From Methanotrichaceae archaeon (GTDB taxonomy: Archaea > Halobacteriota > Methanosarcinia > Methanotrichales > Methanotrichaceae): a stretch of DNA of 64,000 bases. The notes under the pieces are model-generated. The model was given only the letters and a program-made list of their open reading frames with translations, was not told the DNA's origin and searched no databases. Shown piece after piece: positions 19,370-29,693 of the stretch (the stretch's first letter is position 1; each line of letters begins with the position of its first letter). The position numbers and the translations under genes were made by a program. The stretch spans positions 128,001 through 192,000 of the forward strand of contig CAWDLW010000023.1 in NCBI GenBank assembly GCA_963803145.1, read 5' to 3'.

Positions 19370-20002
19370 ATGAAAATAGGAATAATCGGCTCAGGCAACG
19401 TCGGCAGCGGGCTTGGAAAAATATGGGGGAGAGGAGGTCACGATATCATGTTTAGCTCGCGTCATCCTGAAGAGCTGAAAGGCCTCGCAGAATCGATAGA
19501 CAAGAATGCACGCTACGGCACCCCCACCGAAGCAGTGAAGTTCGGAGAAGTTGTAGTTCTGGCAGTTCCCTGGACACAGGCTAAAGATGCTCTAAATTCT
19601 GCTGGCCCATTCAATGGCAAGATTCTTATCGACTGCACAAATCCCTTGAAGCCTGACTTGAGCGGCCTTGCTGTAGAGCCTAACACATCCGCTGGCGAGG
19701 AAGTTGCCAAAATGGCAAAGGATGCACGTGTCGTTAAGGCATTCAATACAACCTTTGCAGCGCTGATGCAATCAGAGTCCAGGATGTTTGGATCTATGCG
19801 ACCAGTGGACTTCTATTGTGGCGACGATGATTCTGCCAAGGCTGTTGTGTCCGGCCTAATAAGAGAAACAGGGCTTGAGCCAGTCGATGCCGGACCGCTA
19901 ATGAGCGCTCGCTACCTTGAACCTATGGCTATGCTTATTATTCAGCTAGGCTATGTCAGAGGAATGGGCACAGATATGGCCTATGCACTCCTCAGGCGTT
20001 AA
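19370..20002 (+). CDS. NADPH-dependent F420 reductase-like oxidoreductase
   Basis: GSGNVG Rossmann fold, LAVPW, IDCTNP, VVKAFNT. Confidence 0.88.
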   Translation: MKIGIIGSGNVGSGLGKIWGRGGHDIMFSSRHPEELKGLAESIDKNARYGTPTEAVKFGEVVVLAVPWTQAKDALNSAGPFNGKILIDCTNPLKPDLSGLAVEPNTSAGEEVAKMAKDARVVKAFNTTFAALMQSESRMFGSMRPVDFYCGDDDSAKAVVSGLIRETGLEPVDAGPLMSARYLEPMAMLIIQLGYVRGMGTDMAYALLRR

Positions 20003-20076
20003 CAGATGATGTTAAGGCCATCATTCCGATTATTCTATCATTTTGATTATTATAAACATTGTAAGCTCTGTCTGTT

Positions 20077-20595
20077 ATGACTAATATTACAACTAGAAAT
20101 GGGGTGGATCTGGAAAAACTGGTTGCAACTACCAGTGCAATCAGAGCAGATCCAAACATGGCTCAATCGAATTTCCAGGCAAATACAAAATGGCTGAATG
20201 GTGCCAGATCGAGAACAACGATAAGAAATTTCACCATTGAGTCCGATGAGCCGACCTTCCTCTTAGGCAGCGATAAAGCACCTAATGCCGTTGAGATGGT
20301 CCTGGCGGCTTTGGGATCTTGCCTTGCAGTCGGATTTGCATATAATGCCGCCGCTCGGGGAATCGCTCTGGAATCGCTGGAGATCAAGCTCGAAGGAGAT
20401 CTTGATCTTCAGGGATTCCTTGGAACGTCGGACAAAGTTCGACCTGGCTATCAAAATATTAGGGTCGTATGCAAATTGAAGAGCAATGCACCTAAGGAAA
20501 AGATCGAGGAGCTTTTCAAATATGTCCAGCGTACATCGCCGGTAACGGACATAGTCCGCAACTCCATGCCTGTGACTATGAAGCTTGAAGAGTAG
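20077..20595 (+). CDS. OsmC family protein
   Basis: DEPTFLLGSDKAPNAVEMVLAALGSC, RPGY, SPV. Confidence 0.88.
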   Translation: MTNITTRNGVDLEKLVATTSAIRADPNMAQSNFQANTKWLNGARSRTTIRNFTIESDEPTFLLGSDKAPNAVEMVLAALGSCLAVGFAYNAAARGIALESLEIKLEGDLDLQGFLGTSDKVRPGYQNIRVVCKLKSNAPKEKIEELFKYVQRTSPVTDIVRNSMPVTMKLEE

Positions 20596-20652
20596 AGACG
20601 GTAAAAGGATGGTAATATTGGCAAACGATGCTGAAGCAGGCAGATTGGGGTT

Positions 20653-21495
20653 GTGACTGTAAATGGCCTGATGAAAGGCAAGACTGTTCTCATCACTGGT
20701 TCTACAGATGGCATAGGAATGCAGACTGCCATTGGGCTGGCACGCATGGATGCAAATGTTCTCATCCATGGCCGGAACCGAGAGAAGGGCAAAGCAGTTT
20801 TAAAGGAAATCGCCAAGGTTAGCGGCAACAGCGATCTGGAGCTTTTCATTGCGGACCTCTCCTCACAGAAAGAGGTGCGACGCCTGGCAGCAGATGTTCA
20901 GAAGAATCACAATCGTCTGGATGTCTTAATAAATAACGCTGGGATATTCGAAAAGGAGCGCAGGCTTACCGAGGACGGAATTGAGGATACATTTGCGGTC
21001 AACTACCTTGCACCATTTCTTCTCACGAACCTTCTGCTGGATCTGCTTAAGATAAGCGCTCCCTCAAGGATTATAAACGTGGCATCAATTGCTCACAGAT
21101 CAGCGGCCATTGATTGGGATAATCTTCAGGGCGAGAGATATTACGACGACTATAATGCCTATGCTGTATCAAAATTATGTATAATTCTATTCACCTATGC
21201 GTTATCCCGGCGCTTGGATGGCTCAGGAGTTACCGTCAACTGCCTTCATCCCGGTGTCATAAAAACAAAGCTGCTGCGTGAAGGCTTTGGGGATTATCCG
21301 GGAGAGACTCCAGAGAAGGGGGCCAGAACATCAATCTATCTTGCCAGCTCTCCAGAGATGGATGGTGTGAGCGGTAAGTACTTCGAGAACCAGAGGATTG
21401 CTCGTTCCTCTACAATCAGCTACGATGAGGCACTTCAGGGAAGGCTCTGGAAAATCAGCGAGAAGCTCACAGGTTTTGGCATAAGAATTTTTTGA
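20653..21495 (+). CDS. Short-chain dehydrogenase/reductase (retinol dehydrogenase-like)
   Basis: TGSTDGIG, NNAG, YAVSK, HPG. Confidence 0.92.
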   Translation: MTVNGLMKGKTVLITGSTDGIGMQTAIGLARMDANVLIHGRNREKGKAVLKEIAKVSGNSDLELFIADLSSQKEVRRLAADVQKNHNRLDVLINNAGIFEKERRLTEDGIEDTFAVNYLAPFLLTNLLLDLLKISAPSRIINVASIAHRSAAIDWDNLQGERYYDDYNAYAVSKLCIILFTYALSRRLDGSGVTVNCLHPGVIKTKLLREGFGDYPGETPEKGARTSIYLASSPEMDGVSGKYFENQRIARSSTISYDEALQGRLWKISEKLTGFGIRIF

Positions 21496-21872
21496 TTGGC
21501 ACTGATCGACTGGCACTAATCTACACTATAACTACCATCATAAGTGTTTTTTAGAACAGATGATCGTCCTTCAAGTATCCATTCTTTATCATTCTTTGGA
21601 TAATACCCATCCCATCATCTACAGCTAATGCTAAGAAAATCATAAATCTAGAATTGGATTAAATAATATCCACAATTATCCTGCAATCCTGCATGCAATG
21701 GAAAAAGGGATAATCGGCATATTCCAAGTCTTTTGGACCTTAAAGAGGCTGGGCTGGCTCCTATAATATAATTGGAAGCTTAGGAGCAATGCCGTTATTG
21801 ATATTAGCCCCTTCAAGCTGTAAATGATCTAGGAGATCTTGTCGTATGCCTTTTAATATTATTCTTATGCCT

Positions 21873-22244
21873 TTAGCTACTATTATTCTGTCCCAAGCCA
21901 ACAAGCAATCCAAGCCTTAATGGTCTCATGGCGATTTTGCTGATGCCTGCGTCTGAACCGCTATTAAGGAAGCTGTTGATACTTGAAGTATACGGATCGC
22001 CTGATGATAAGCCCCCAGTAACTTTGGCGAATGTGGGACTCTTAAATATCTCAGGATTTACGCCTGAAAGACTGATTACAGGCAGACTATTCAGTGTATA
22101 TCCGGACCCTAATGGATTTATTACAGAGGTATTGGATCGATATCCAACTGTTATGTAGTTTTCATTTAATGCATTTGACGGCAATTCTGCAACAATGAGT
22201 GCTATCAGAATGGCTTTGAGTAGTAATCTAGAGTATCTCTTCAT
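21873..22244 (-). CDS. Secreted hypothetical protein
   Basis: GGAGGTG RBS before ATG 22244; signal peptide. Confidence 0.55.
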   Translation of the reverse strand: MKRYSRLLLKAILIALIVAELPSNALNENYITVGYRSNTSVINPLGSGYTLNSLPVISLSGVNPEIFKSPTFAKVTGGLSSGDPYTSSINSFLNSGSDAGISKIAMRPLRLGLLVGLGQNNSS

Positions 22245-22635
22245 ATAACACCTCCAATGTTCCCATTTCACTTTTCTTCTTCGGTCATTGACGAAATAAA
22301 ACCGAAGTGCAACCTCCCGTACAGATCGCCCAAATCTTAAATACCATTTATTTTTACGGCAAACGACGAGATGATTTTCAGGGTTATAAACCTTACGGTA
22401 GTATACTAACACGCCGAGTTATTATCCCTCGCATCGTATGCTTTTTGGCCCAATACATACAGATATTTCATTTATAAATTATTTTCAAGAATTCTAAGTG
22501 CATTATCTCAATTCACCAACTTATTCAGACTTAAATAGACCATATGGGCGCTGTCTCAGGTTCCCCCATCGTGAGGTATCCATCATGGGGCTACCCCATA
22601 CATACCATACTTGCAATCATAAAGATTAAATATTA

Positions 22636-22942
22636 TTATGTGGCACTTTTACAGGTACAAAATCGATATGCGTAAAGAAAAGTACTAAATTTGCTTCGCG
22701 ACCTCAAATAAAAATATTGCTTGTCTTCTCTTTCCTTCATCATCTCCACCAGCACCGAAAACACGGCAGCTTCAAGGGGATCATCTATGGCATAAAATGC
22801 CTCGCCTGAGTACTTCTTGGCCATCTCCGCGAGCCTTTGCCCGTAAATTTGATCTTCCCTTCTTCAGCGCCTTTGAAGCCTTCAGCCACCTGGCCGAGAC
22901 ATCCCTTGCGGTCATCCTAATGCTCTCAAAGCTTCTGCCCAA
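22636..22942 (-). pseudogene. Frameshifted small protein (MGRSFES..RW..ALKKEDQ..) resembling the PolB2-cassette accessory protein
   Basis: TTG at 22942 gives MGRSFESIRM..ALKK; one extra base near 22858; continues EDQIYGQRLAEMAKKYSGEAFYAIDDPLEAAVFSVLVE in another frame. Confidence 0.65.
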
Positions 22943-22960
22943 CTACTCACCCAGACAGAA

Positions 22961-22981
22961 GGCCACAGGCCACAGGCCACA
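22961..22981 (+). repeat. GGCCACA x3 tandem repeat
   Basis: Directly visible. Confidence 0.8.
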
Positions 22982-23407
22982 AGCCATCAGATGCCGGCAT
23001 TTGCTCTACAGCCCAATTCCTCTCCTTAAGTCTGCTCTTGATCATGTCCTCAATATCCTCAGGCCTGAGCTTCCTGCCTATAATGATCTTAGCAATATTT
23101 ATCCCAACGCTGACTGGAGCATTTCCAGCAGCAGCCGCTCCTAGTAAAAGTGCAAAAAAGATGGATATTGCCCAGCCCATCTTCAACATTAAACGCATAT
23201 AATGATGTGGGTACAGGCCCTAGCATACACTTAAATGATCTGGCAGCTTGGCCAGGACCATTGAATACAATCAAAAAGCCTTCATCAAGGCCCGGGAGCT
23301 CTATCATCTATGCCTACAATAAAGCCGCTAGGCTTAATCCTAAAAAGCATTGGTCAATGAGGCTTTCCAAAAGTACAATCATCAACTTTGATTACCTTGT
23401 CACTTGA

Positions 23408-23557
23408 TTATGAGAAAGCCTCCAATGTGGTCTGGCTCTTCTGTGTCCTCGGAATGGCCTTTGCTATAACTCTCGCCTCAGCCCTAAGCCCCAACGCAGG
23501 AGCTTGATGAATTGAGTATCCTGCAATAAAATCTTTCAGGCTGCTGCATAGGAACAT
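23408..23557 (-). pseudogene. 49-aa C-terminal remnant ending in PIP-like QTTLEAF
   Basis: MFLCSSLKDFIAGYSIHQAPALGLRAEARVIAKAIPRTQKSQTTLEAFS*. Confidence 0.4.
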
Positions 23558-23567
23558 TGGATGCCGC

Positions 23568-24407
23568 TTAAAAGTTTATAATCTTATGATACTCTTCCAG
23601 CAAATCGCTAGCAAGCATGCTCTCTCCATACTTCTTTCCTGCGAGTTCCCCAGCCCTTCCGTTTATATAAGTTGCGGCCAATGCTGCCCTAAAGCAGGAG
23701 ACTTTCCTAGCCATTATTGCACCGCATATTCCTGCAAGAAGGTCTCCAGTACCTCCTTTTGTCATGAACGGCGAGCGCCGCTTATCTATTTCAGTCTCTT
23801 GGCCATCGGAAATAGTATTTTCGATTCCTTTATACAGAATTGTGCATCCAAATTTCCTTGCTGCTTCTTTGGTCGCTTCCATTTCAGCATCAAGCTTTGG
23901 TGATACTCCCGATTTGATCAAGCTCAGGAATTCCTTTCTGTTTGGTGTAAGCAAAAACGATTTACCTTTAAAGATCTCTGGCCTTGAGGCCACGGCATGT
24001 ATCGCATCTGCATCTATCACGCATGGCAGGTCAGTCTTTTCTAGAAACTCACAGACTGCTTCAGCTGTCTCCTTCTCGTTCCCAATTCCGCCGCCAATAA
24101 CACATGCATTGAACCTCCTCTTGATTCCATATATCTCCTTTACATGCTTACTTGTGAAATAATCTCCTTCGAGAGGGTAAGTCACAAGATCCGGCAAGAA
24201 GCCAGCAATAATATCCGCGGATCGCCTTATAGTCACAACAGTTACCATATCAACGCCACACCTCAAAGCTGCAAGAGCGTTTAAAGCCGGAGCGCCTGAA
24301 TACATTTTTGATCCGCCTATAACGAGGAGATGGCCATAATCATACTTGCTGGTGCCGGAATCTCTTTTTGCATAGATACTCTGAACTAATTTAACTACTT
24401 CAGTCAT
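23568..24407 (-). CDS. nnrD: ADP-dependent NAD(P)H-hydrate dehydratase
   Basis: KYDYGHLLVIGGS..YSGAP, VIDADA, LTPN..EF, GGTGDLLAG. Confidence 0.92.
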   Translation of the reverse strand: MTEVVKLVQSIYAKRDSGTSKYDYGHLLVIGGSKMYSGAPALNALAALRCGVDMVTVVTIRRSADIIAGFLPDLVTYPLEGDYFTSKHVKEIYGIKRRFNACVIGGGIGNEKETAEAVCEFLEKTDLPCVIDADAIHAVASRPEIFKGKSFLLTPNRKEFLSLIKSGVSPKLDAEMEATKEAARKFGCTILYKGIENTISDGQETEIDKRRSPFMTKGGTGDLLAGICGAIMARKVSCFRAALAATYINGRAGELAGKKYGESMLASDLLEEYHKIINF

Positions 24408-24459
24408 CTTATGATAATATGCTCGAAGGGTAATATAATAATCACTAATAGTGCTGCAG

Positions 24460-24515
24460 GTAAACTACTCCGGCCTAAAGACCAGAGTCTCCAGCCTTGA
24501 GTTTCTATGAGACTT
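24460..24515. repeat. Isolated IS200/IS605-like end hairpin
   Basis: GTAAACTACTCCGGCCTAAAGACCAGAGT, same CCTAAAG loop as at 5081 and 14366. Confidence 0.45.
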
Positions 24516-24590
24516 CTTGACTTTGGATTATTCATGCAGGCTCTTCGATTTCACTTGTTCTGGTAAAACAAGATAATGGAGTTGAGATAA

Positions 24591-24773
24591 ATGGCTGAAG
24601 AGAGAATGAGAAAAGAAGCAAAAGGCGAGACGACTGTTGCTGAGGCAGGCCATAAGGGCGGAGAGAGAACCGCTGAAACCCATGGCAGAGAGTTCTACAG
24701 TGATATCGGACATTAGGGCGGTCAAAAAGTAAGAGAGCTGATTGAAGCTGGCAAAGATGCCGAGCGAAGATAG
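24591..24773 (+). pseudogene. KGG-repeat general stress protein (GsiB/Em-like) with in-frame TAG
   Basis: MAEERMRKEAKGETTVAEAGHKGGERTAETHGREFYSDIGH*GGQKVRELIEAGKDAERR; TAG at 24714-24716. Confidence 0.8.
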
Positions 24774-24853
24774 GCTAAATTGTTCGTTTGCCCTCCCTGG
24801 TTCAAACAGAGGAGGGCCCTACTAGTGTTGTATAACAGAGGATATGCAATAGA

Positions 24854-25708
24854 TTAATAAACGGGGGAATAAGATGAGATTACCCCTTTTCCTAGCCTTA
24901 TTGTGCCTGATTTATCAGTTGCAACTGTTGTTGCAGTGTTTTTAACATCGCTCGCCTGAGATCCATTATCACCCTGAGTATCTGCTGAATTGGAGGCCGA
25001 AGTCAAAACGCCTATAGGTGCAGAGCCTGCAATATCACCAGACCATGTGGCTCCGCTGGCCGAGTACCCTGAATATGTTCCAATTGTGTGAACGTCGAGA
25101 GATAGATCGAGGTTATATAGATCCTTACTATCTGTGGGCGTCACAGCCAGCATTAATTTGCCACCTTCTTCCAAACCACTAGCTATGATCTTATGAGTTC
25201 CATTATCATCGTTTAAGGTGCCATAGCCAGTGATTGCATCATTATTCTGAACTAAAGCTAGGTTTAGATGCTTAAGACCCTGGTCCAGCGCTATTAGGTC
25301 CAGCGACCATGGGCCACTGACATTTGCATTCTGCGCTGACTCTTTAGGTATATTAACTACATTAGGCACATTAACAGCATTAGATCCGTATCCATAGGAC
25401 CCTGCTGCTGGAGGTGTATTATCAAGATATGTTACCGCAGGTTTGCTAACCACTTTATAAGGTGTATTGGAATCCGTTATTGCATTCCAATCCGTTATTA
25501 TTCCTGCTGCTTGAGCTTGATGTAAAGTATCCTGATCCATAGGCATATCCATTGTCTCGCCTACAAAGCTTGGATCGAGAGGATCTCCTGGATCATTGCC
25601 CGTCCAATCAATATTATTTGAATCTACAAGCATAGGCGGCAGCGCATATGCATGGGCTGTAAGATAGGCGATAGCAATCAAACAGAGTAATACCTTAGTG
25701 TATATCAT
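24854..25708 (-). CDS. Secreted hypothetical protein
   Basis: Signal peptide; C-terminal beta-rich domain (GPWSLDL..LNLALVQ). Confidence 0.75.
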   Translation of the reverse strand: MIYTKVLLCLIAIAYLTAHAYALPPMLVDSNNIDWTGNDPGDPLDPSFVGETMDMPMDQDTLHQAQAAGIITDWNAITDSNTPYKVVSKPAVTYLDNTPPAAGSYGYGSNAVNVPNVVNIPKESAQNANVSGPWSLDLIALDQGLKHLNLALVQNNDAITGYGTLNDDNGTHKIIASGLEEGGKLMLAVTPTDSKDLYNLDLSLDVHTIGTYSGYSASGATWSGDIAGSAPIGVLTSASNSADTQGDNGSQASDVKNTATTVATDKSGTIRLGKGVISSYSPVY

Positions 25709-25956
25709 ATCGGTCTATTATAGGGACGGCCAATCAGGCCAGGGTATTTGCTGATAGCAATTGGCTAATTACGCTATAAGTATATGACGATTTCGGTTTA
25801 AGCAATAGTCGATAATCGGGTGAAAGATATATACATAGCTTATGGCTGAATAAGAAGAAAGTTGAAGGCCATAGTAACCCAACACCCCATATTGCGCCCG
25901 CTAATTTTCATCCATATGCTGGAATATTCACTCCTCTTACGTCCGCTTATTTGCGT

Positions 25957-26508
25957 TCAGCCGATTTGGACTGCCAGCATGGAAACCGAGCCTCCATCTA
26001 TGCCCTTTACAGGAAAGCTGACCTTCTCGCCTCTTTTTTTGCAACCTATGACATAGAGGAGCGGCAGATAGTGATCCGGTGTAGGAACAGATAGCATTGC
26101 ATCTTTGCCCAAATCCTCATAGTTGATGAGCGGACCGTAATCTTCAGCCAAGAGCAATTCTCTGGCGCGTTCCGCAAGGTCTGGATCTCCTGGTGCAGGA
26201 TACTCGACCTCGTAAAGATCCTGAGGAAATCCGCCGAAGTCATGAATCGTTCTAGGTGTCTGCATTGCAGTTACTGCAGTTCTTCCGATGTACCAATGTG
26301 CGGAAATGGAGAGTATTGCTTTTGGCCTGGGAATGCTGTTTCCTATAGCTTCCCAGGCTCTTGTATAATCATTTGATTGCAAGGCATCCATTGGATTTCC
26401 ATGTCCCAGGAAAATGGCTGGCATAGTCTCAATCATTTTAGTAGAGGTACGTGTAACTTGTGAGTTCTCCAACGACTTCTTTTCGATATTTGCCACATAT
26501 CCTGCCAT
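25957..26508 (-). pseudogene. Internally deleted 4,5-DOPA extradiol dioxygenase (YgiD/LigB family) fused to a cupin-like N-terminal stub
   Basis: FLGHGNPM, ISAHW, IHDFGGFP, PTPDHYLPLLY are present; the DHG..YP..DIP and SGN..HN core is absent. Confidence 0.8.
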
Positions 26509-26941
26509 AGAGATCCTCCTGTAGAGATACAACTGTGCTCTCATCACATGGGAGCGTATCTAAAAATTTTCCATAGAATGAAAGGGAGTAGAGCCTTCGA
26601 ACCTGAAGGGGGGAATGATCGATCGAGGCTCTCTATAAGCTAACAGGATTTTATCATATTTAAATTTAATTAATTGTGTGGCGGCCCAATTAAACGCTAG
26701 GAATAGTCATCATAGTAATATCCATGAACAGAATTATTGATAGTAATCTTATGATTAGTATCCCAGCTCCTTTATGGCAACCAGGCAACATTTCAGTTGA
26801 TTATCAGTAAATCCCTATAAAGTCACAGGTATGAGAGCACCACATATAGGATCTCACCTCCAGAATTTTGGGCAAAATAAGTGCGCGCACAGGGCGAAAG
26901 TAATAAAGGAAGCAATAGAGAAGATGTGATAGAGTGCTTGT

Positions 26942-27997
26942 ATGCGGATAATTCTGCATGTCGACCTTGATGCCTTCTATCCCTCCGTAGAAGTTCGGGA
27001 ACATCCAGAGTTAAAGGGTAAACGTGTAGTAGTCGGAGCAGATCCAAAAGGAGGAACCGGAAGGGGTGTTGTGAGCAGCGCCTCTTATGAGGCCAGGAAA
27101 TTTGGCATCAGATCAGCCATGCCTATATCTAAAGCCTGGAGGCTATGCCCGGATTGCGTTTATCTTAGACCCCACTTTGACCTCTATGTTCCTGCATCCA
27201 ATGCGGTAATGGCGATTTTAAAGAGCCATGGCGATAAGTTTGAACAGGGTGGTATAGATGAAGCGTACCTCGACATATCCGGCAAGGTGAAGGATTTCGA
27301 TGAAGCCGGAGAATTTGCAAAAGGCCTGATGGAAGAGGTACTTGAAAGGGAAAGACTGACCTGTTCGATTGGCGTTGGGCCTAACAAGCTGGTTGCTAAG
27401 ATCTCCTCTGATTACAAGAAACCTTACGGACTGACTGTAGTTAAGCCCGAAGAAGTCAGGGACTTTCTATTCCCCATGAAAGTAGGAAAGATCCCGGGCG
27501 TTGGCAAAAAGACTGAGCAAGCATTGAATGAATTAAATATCGAAACCATACGTGATCTTGCTTCATTAACGCCTGATAAGCTGACAAGACTCTTCGGTGT
27601 ATGGGGCAAAAGGCTTCACGATGCCGCCAATGGGATCGATAACATTGAAGTCATAGAGGAATATGAAACAAAATCCATTGGAAGAGATATCACCTTTGAG
27701 AGTGACCTGAGTGACGAAGCCCAAATATTCCAGGTCCTGGATGAACTGGCAAAAGAGGTCCATACCGATGTGATCGCTAATAACTTCAAGTTCAAAACAA
27801 TTACCGTTAGAGCCAGGTATGAGGATTTTGACACGCATACCCGCTCTAAATCCCTTGTATTTCCCACGAATGGTTTAGATATCCTCAAGAACAATGCCAA
27901 GCGACTAATTGCTCCATTTCTTCGGGGAAACAAGAAATTGAGATTGGTTGGTGTCAGGGTATCAACTCTCAGCAAAGGAAATCCAGTTTCAAATTGA
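26942..27997 (+). CDS. dinB: DNA polymerase IV (Y family)
   Basis: HVDLDAFY, ASYEARKFGI, IDEAYLD, NKLVAKI, IPGVG, LRLVGV. Confidence 0.95.
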   Translation: MRIILHVDLDAFYPSVEVREHPELKGKRVVVGADPKGGTGRGVVSSASYEARKFGIRSAMPISKAWRLCPDCVYLRPHFDLYVPASNAVMAILKSHGDKFEQGGIDEAYLDISGKVKDFDEAGEFAKGLMEEVLERERLTCSIGVGPNKLVAKISSDYKKPYGLTVVKPEEVRDFLFPMKVGKIPGVGKKTEQALNELNIETIRDLASLTPDKLTRLFGVWGKRLHDAANGIDNIEVIEEYETKSIGRDITFESDLSDEAQIFQVLDELAKEVHTDVIANNFKFKTITVRARYEDFDTHTRSKSLVFPTNGLDILKNNAKRLIAPFLRGNKKLRLVGVRVSTLSKGNPVSN

Positions 27998-28107
27998 ATT
28001 GGCTATTATGGGTTGGAAAAGTCTTCTTTTGCTCGTAACATTATGGGATGTCAAAAAAGAGGGATTGTGCGTTTAATGCAAGATTATAATGCTTCTCTGG
28101 ATTATCT

Positions 28108-28248
28108 ATCGAGAGTTCTCTTAAGAAGTTAGAAGCCACTGATGCTACGGTTCATATGGATGTCAAGAATGTTGGAGGCGGCTTATTGGTGGCTCAGGTT
28201 GAAGATGCTGATGGCAACATTTTAGGTCTGAGGCAGCAATCGAAATAG
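28108..28248 (+). pseudogene. C-terminal half of a glyoxalase/VOC protein
   Basis: IESSLKKLEATDATVHMDVKNVGGGLLVAQVEDADGNILGLRQ; the N-terminal half is absent. Confidence 0.7.
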
Positions 28249-28428
28249 AGTCTAAGATTGTTCACGGATGTAAGCCAAGAAAGACGCAGATTCTCATGAA
28301 GGCTTTCATACGCCTAACACAGTAAAGGAGAATCCTATTGAGTTTGGATGGAAAGATTTGAAAAGAGATTTTTCTAAGTATTTGATCAATAGGGTCCTTG
28401 GTGAAGAAAGTTAAGAGATTAACTATAA

Positions 28429-28752
28429 TTAAGACCTAATCATAACCAGAAGCATCTTAAATTTGCTCAATGCCTTCAGCGCGTGGGTCTTATTGGCTGG
28501 CAGGATCACCATTTGACCTTGCTCCATTCTATAAGCTTGACCGGCTATTGTTACCTCTGCTTCGCCATCTAAAATGGTAATAAGTGCATCGAATGGAGCT
28601 GTATGTTCACTTAGCCCCTGACCTTTATCGAAGGCAAAGATAGTAACTGTTCCTGTGCTCTTGCGAATTATCTCCCGGCTCACGACAGAGCCATCTTGGT
28701 AGTTTACCAGATCACTAATGAACTCGACTTTGGGTACATTATCATCTGTCAT
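28429..28752 (-). CDS. Cupin domain protein
   Basis: FAFDKGQGLSEHTAPFDA..LPANKTHAL. Confidence 0.9.
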   Translation of the reverse strand: MTDDNVPKVEFISDLVNYQDGSVVSREIIRKSTGTVTIFAFDKGQGLSEHTAPFDALITILDGEAEVTIAGQAYRMEQGQMVILPANKTHALKALSKFKMLLVMIRS

Positions 28753-28773
28753 TCAATATCACTTCTAACAAGC

Positions 28774-29028
28774 CTATTTCTTATCCTTCAATTCTTGCCG
28801 ACCTAAATCTGAGAGATATACTCTTGAAATAGCATTCGGGAGGGTTAGACTCGAGGGATATTCACTGGTCATAAGATCAATGTAACCTGAATTCTTCAAT
28901 AGCATCAGGCGATTTCCAAGCAGTGTTGTATCCATTTTAAGAACTTCATTAACCTTGACTGGACTGATAAATGATTTTGGAGATACCTCATTAATTGCTT
29001 TGAGAATCTTCAGATCGACGTCATCCAT
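28774..29028 (-). CDS. Small winged-helix protein
   Basis: DLKILKAI..LGNRLMLLKNSGYI..LSDLG; GGTGA RBS. Confidence 0.7.
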   Translation of the reverse strand: MDDVDLKILKAINEVSPKSFISPVKVNEVLKMDTTLLGNRLMLLKNSGYIDLMTSEYPSSLTLPNAISRVYLSDLGRQELKDKK

Positions 29029-29184
29029 AATCTCACCAACCCTTACTTAGCTTTGATCGGATTTAAAATGTTAACTCGCATAATTCTTCAATCAGAAAGA
29101 GCTGAAGAAAGTGAGCATGAATTGGCGAGGGAACTATTCCCTCAGGCCTAAAACTTGTTGATAGCAAAACTTCAACCGCGGGCA

Positions 29185-29238
29185 TCATATTTGCCAGTTA
29201 TGAGCGTCCAGAAGATAGCCCTTTAAGTTCTCGTCCAT
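29185..29238 (-). pseudogene. Truncated PIN/VapC toxin start
   Basis: MDENLKGYLLDAHNWQI* overlaps the antitoxin stop; YLLD is the PIN beta-1 motif. Confidence 0.5.
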
Positions 29239-29435
29239 TCATCCCTCAGAGATTTGCTCTCTTTAGCCACATCTACCTTAAAGTTTTTATATATTCCTCT
29301 ATATTTTGAGGGATCCCACTCGCTTTTTTCTTCGCGGGCCAATTTTTCTAGGTTGCTTATTTTGTTCCAGAGTTCGATAGGAACGATAACTCCTGTCCGC
29401 CTGCCTTCTTCATCATAGATGTATTGAACTTCCAT
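29223..29435 (-). CDS. Putative antitoxin (VapB-like)
   Basis: QYIYDEEGRRTGVIVPIELW N-terminus and LRDEW C-terminus. Confidence 0.7.
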   Translation of the reverse strand: MEVQYIYDEEGRRTGVIVPIELWNKISNLEKLAREEKSEWDPSKYRGIYKNFKVDVAKESKSLRDEWTRT

Positions 29436-29516
29436 TTGATCGCCTGAAAGGATTTTGCTTCGCGGTTATGATTAAATTATATCTTCACTTTGTATAAAGC
29501 CTTATTTCGGCTTCCA

Positions 29517-29693
29517 TTACCTTGCTGAATTTCCCTCCACAATCGCAATCTCCTCCTCCGTCAGCCCATACAGCCTGTAAACGATCTCATCAATCAGCGT
29601 ATCCGTATCTTTGATGCGTCCTATCAGCGGCTGCAGCTTCCCAACAGAAGCATCGAACTCCCGCCGCAGATTTTGAATATCCCTTTTCTGTAT
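29517..29693 (-). pseudogene. C-terminal remnant of a type IIG (Eco57I-like) restriction-modification enzyme
   Basis: ...IKDTDTLIDEIVYRLYGLTEEEIAIVEG tail with no upstream body. Confidence 0.75.

Noticed and set aside
22947-23307. Short minus-strand ORFs (83 and 72 aa)
   Set aside because: No recognisable family; probably mosaic remnants.
26590-26632. Hairpin AGAGCC-TTCGA...TCGAGGCTCT upstream of the cupin stub
   Set aside because: Single stem with no recognisable family; insufficient for an ncRNA call.
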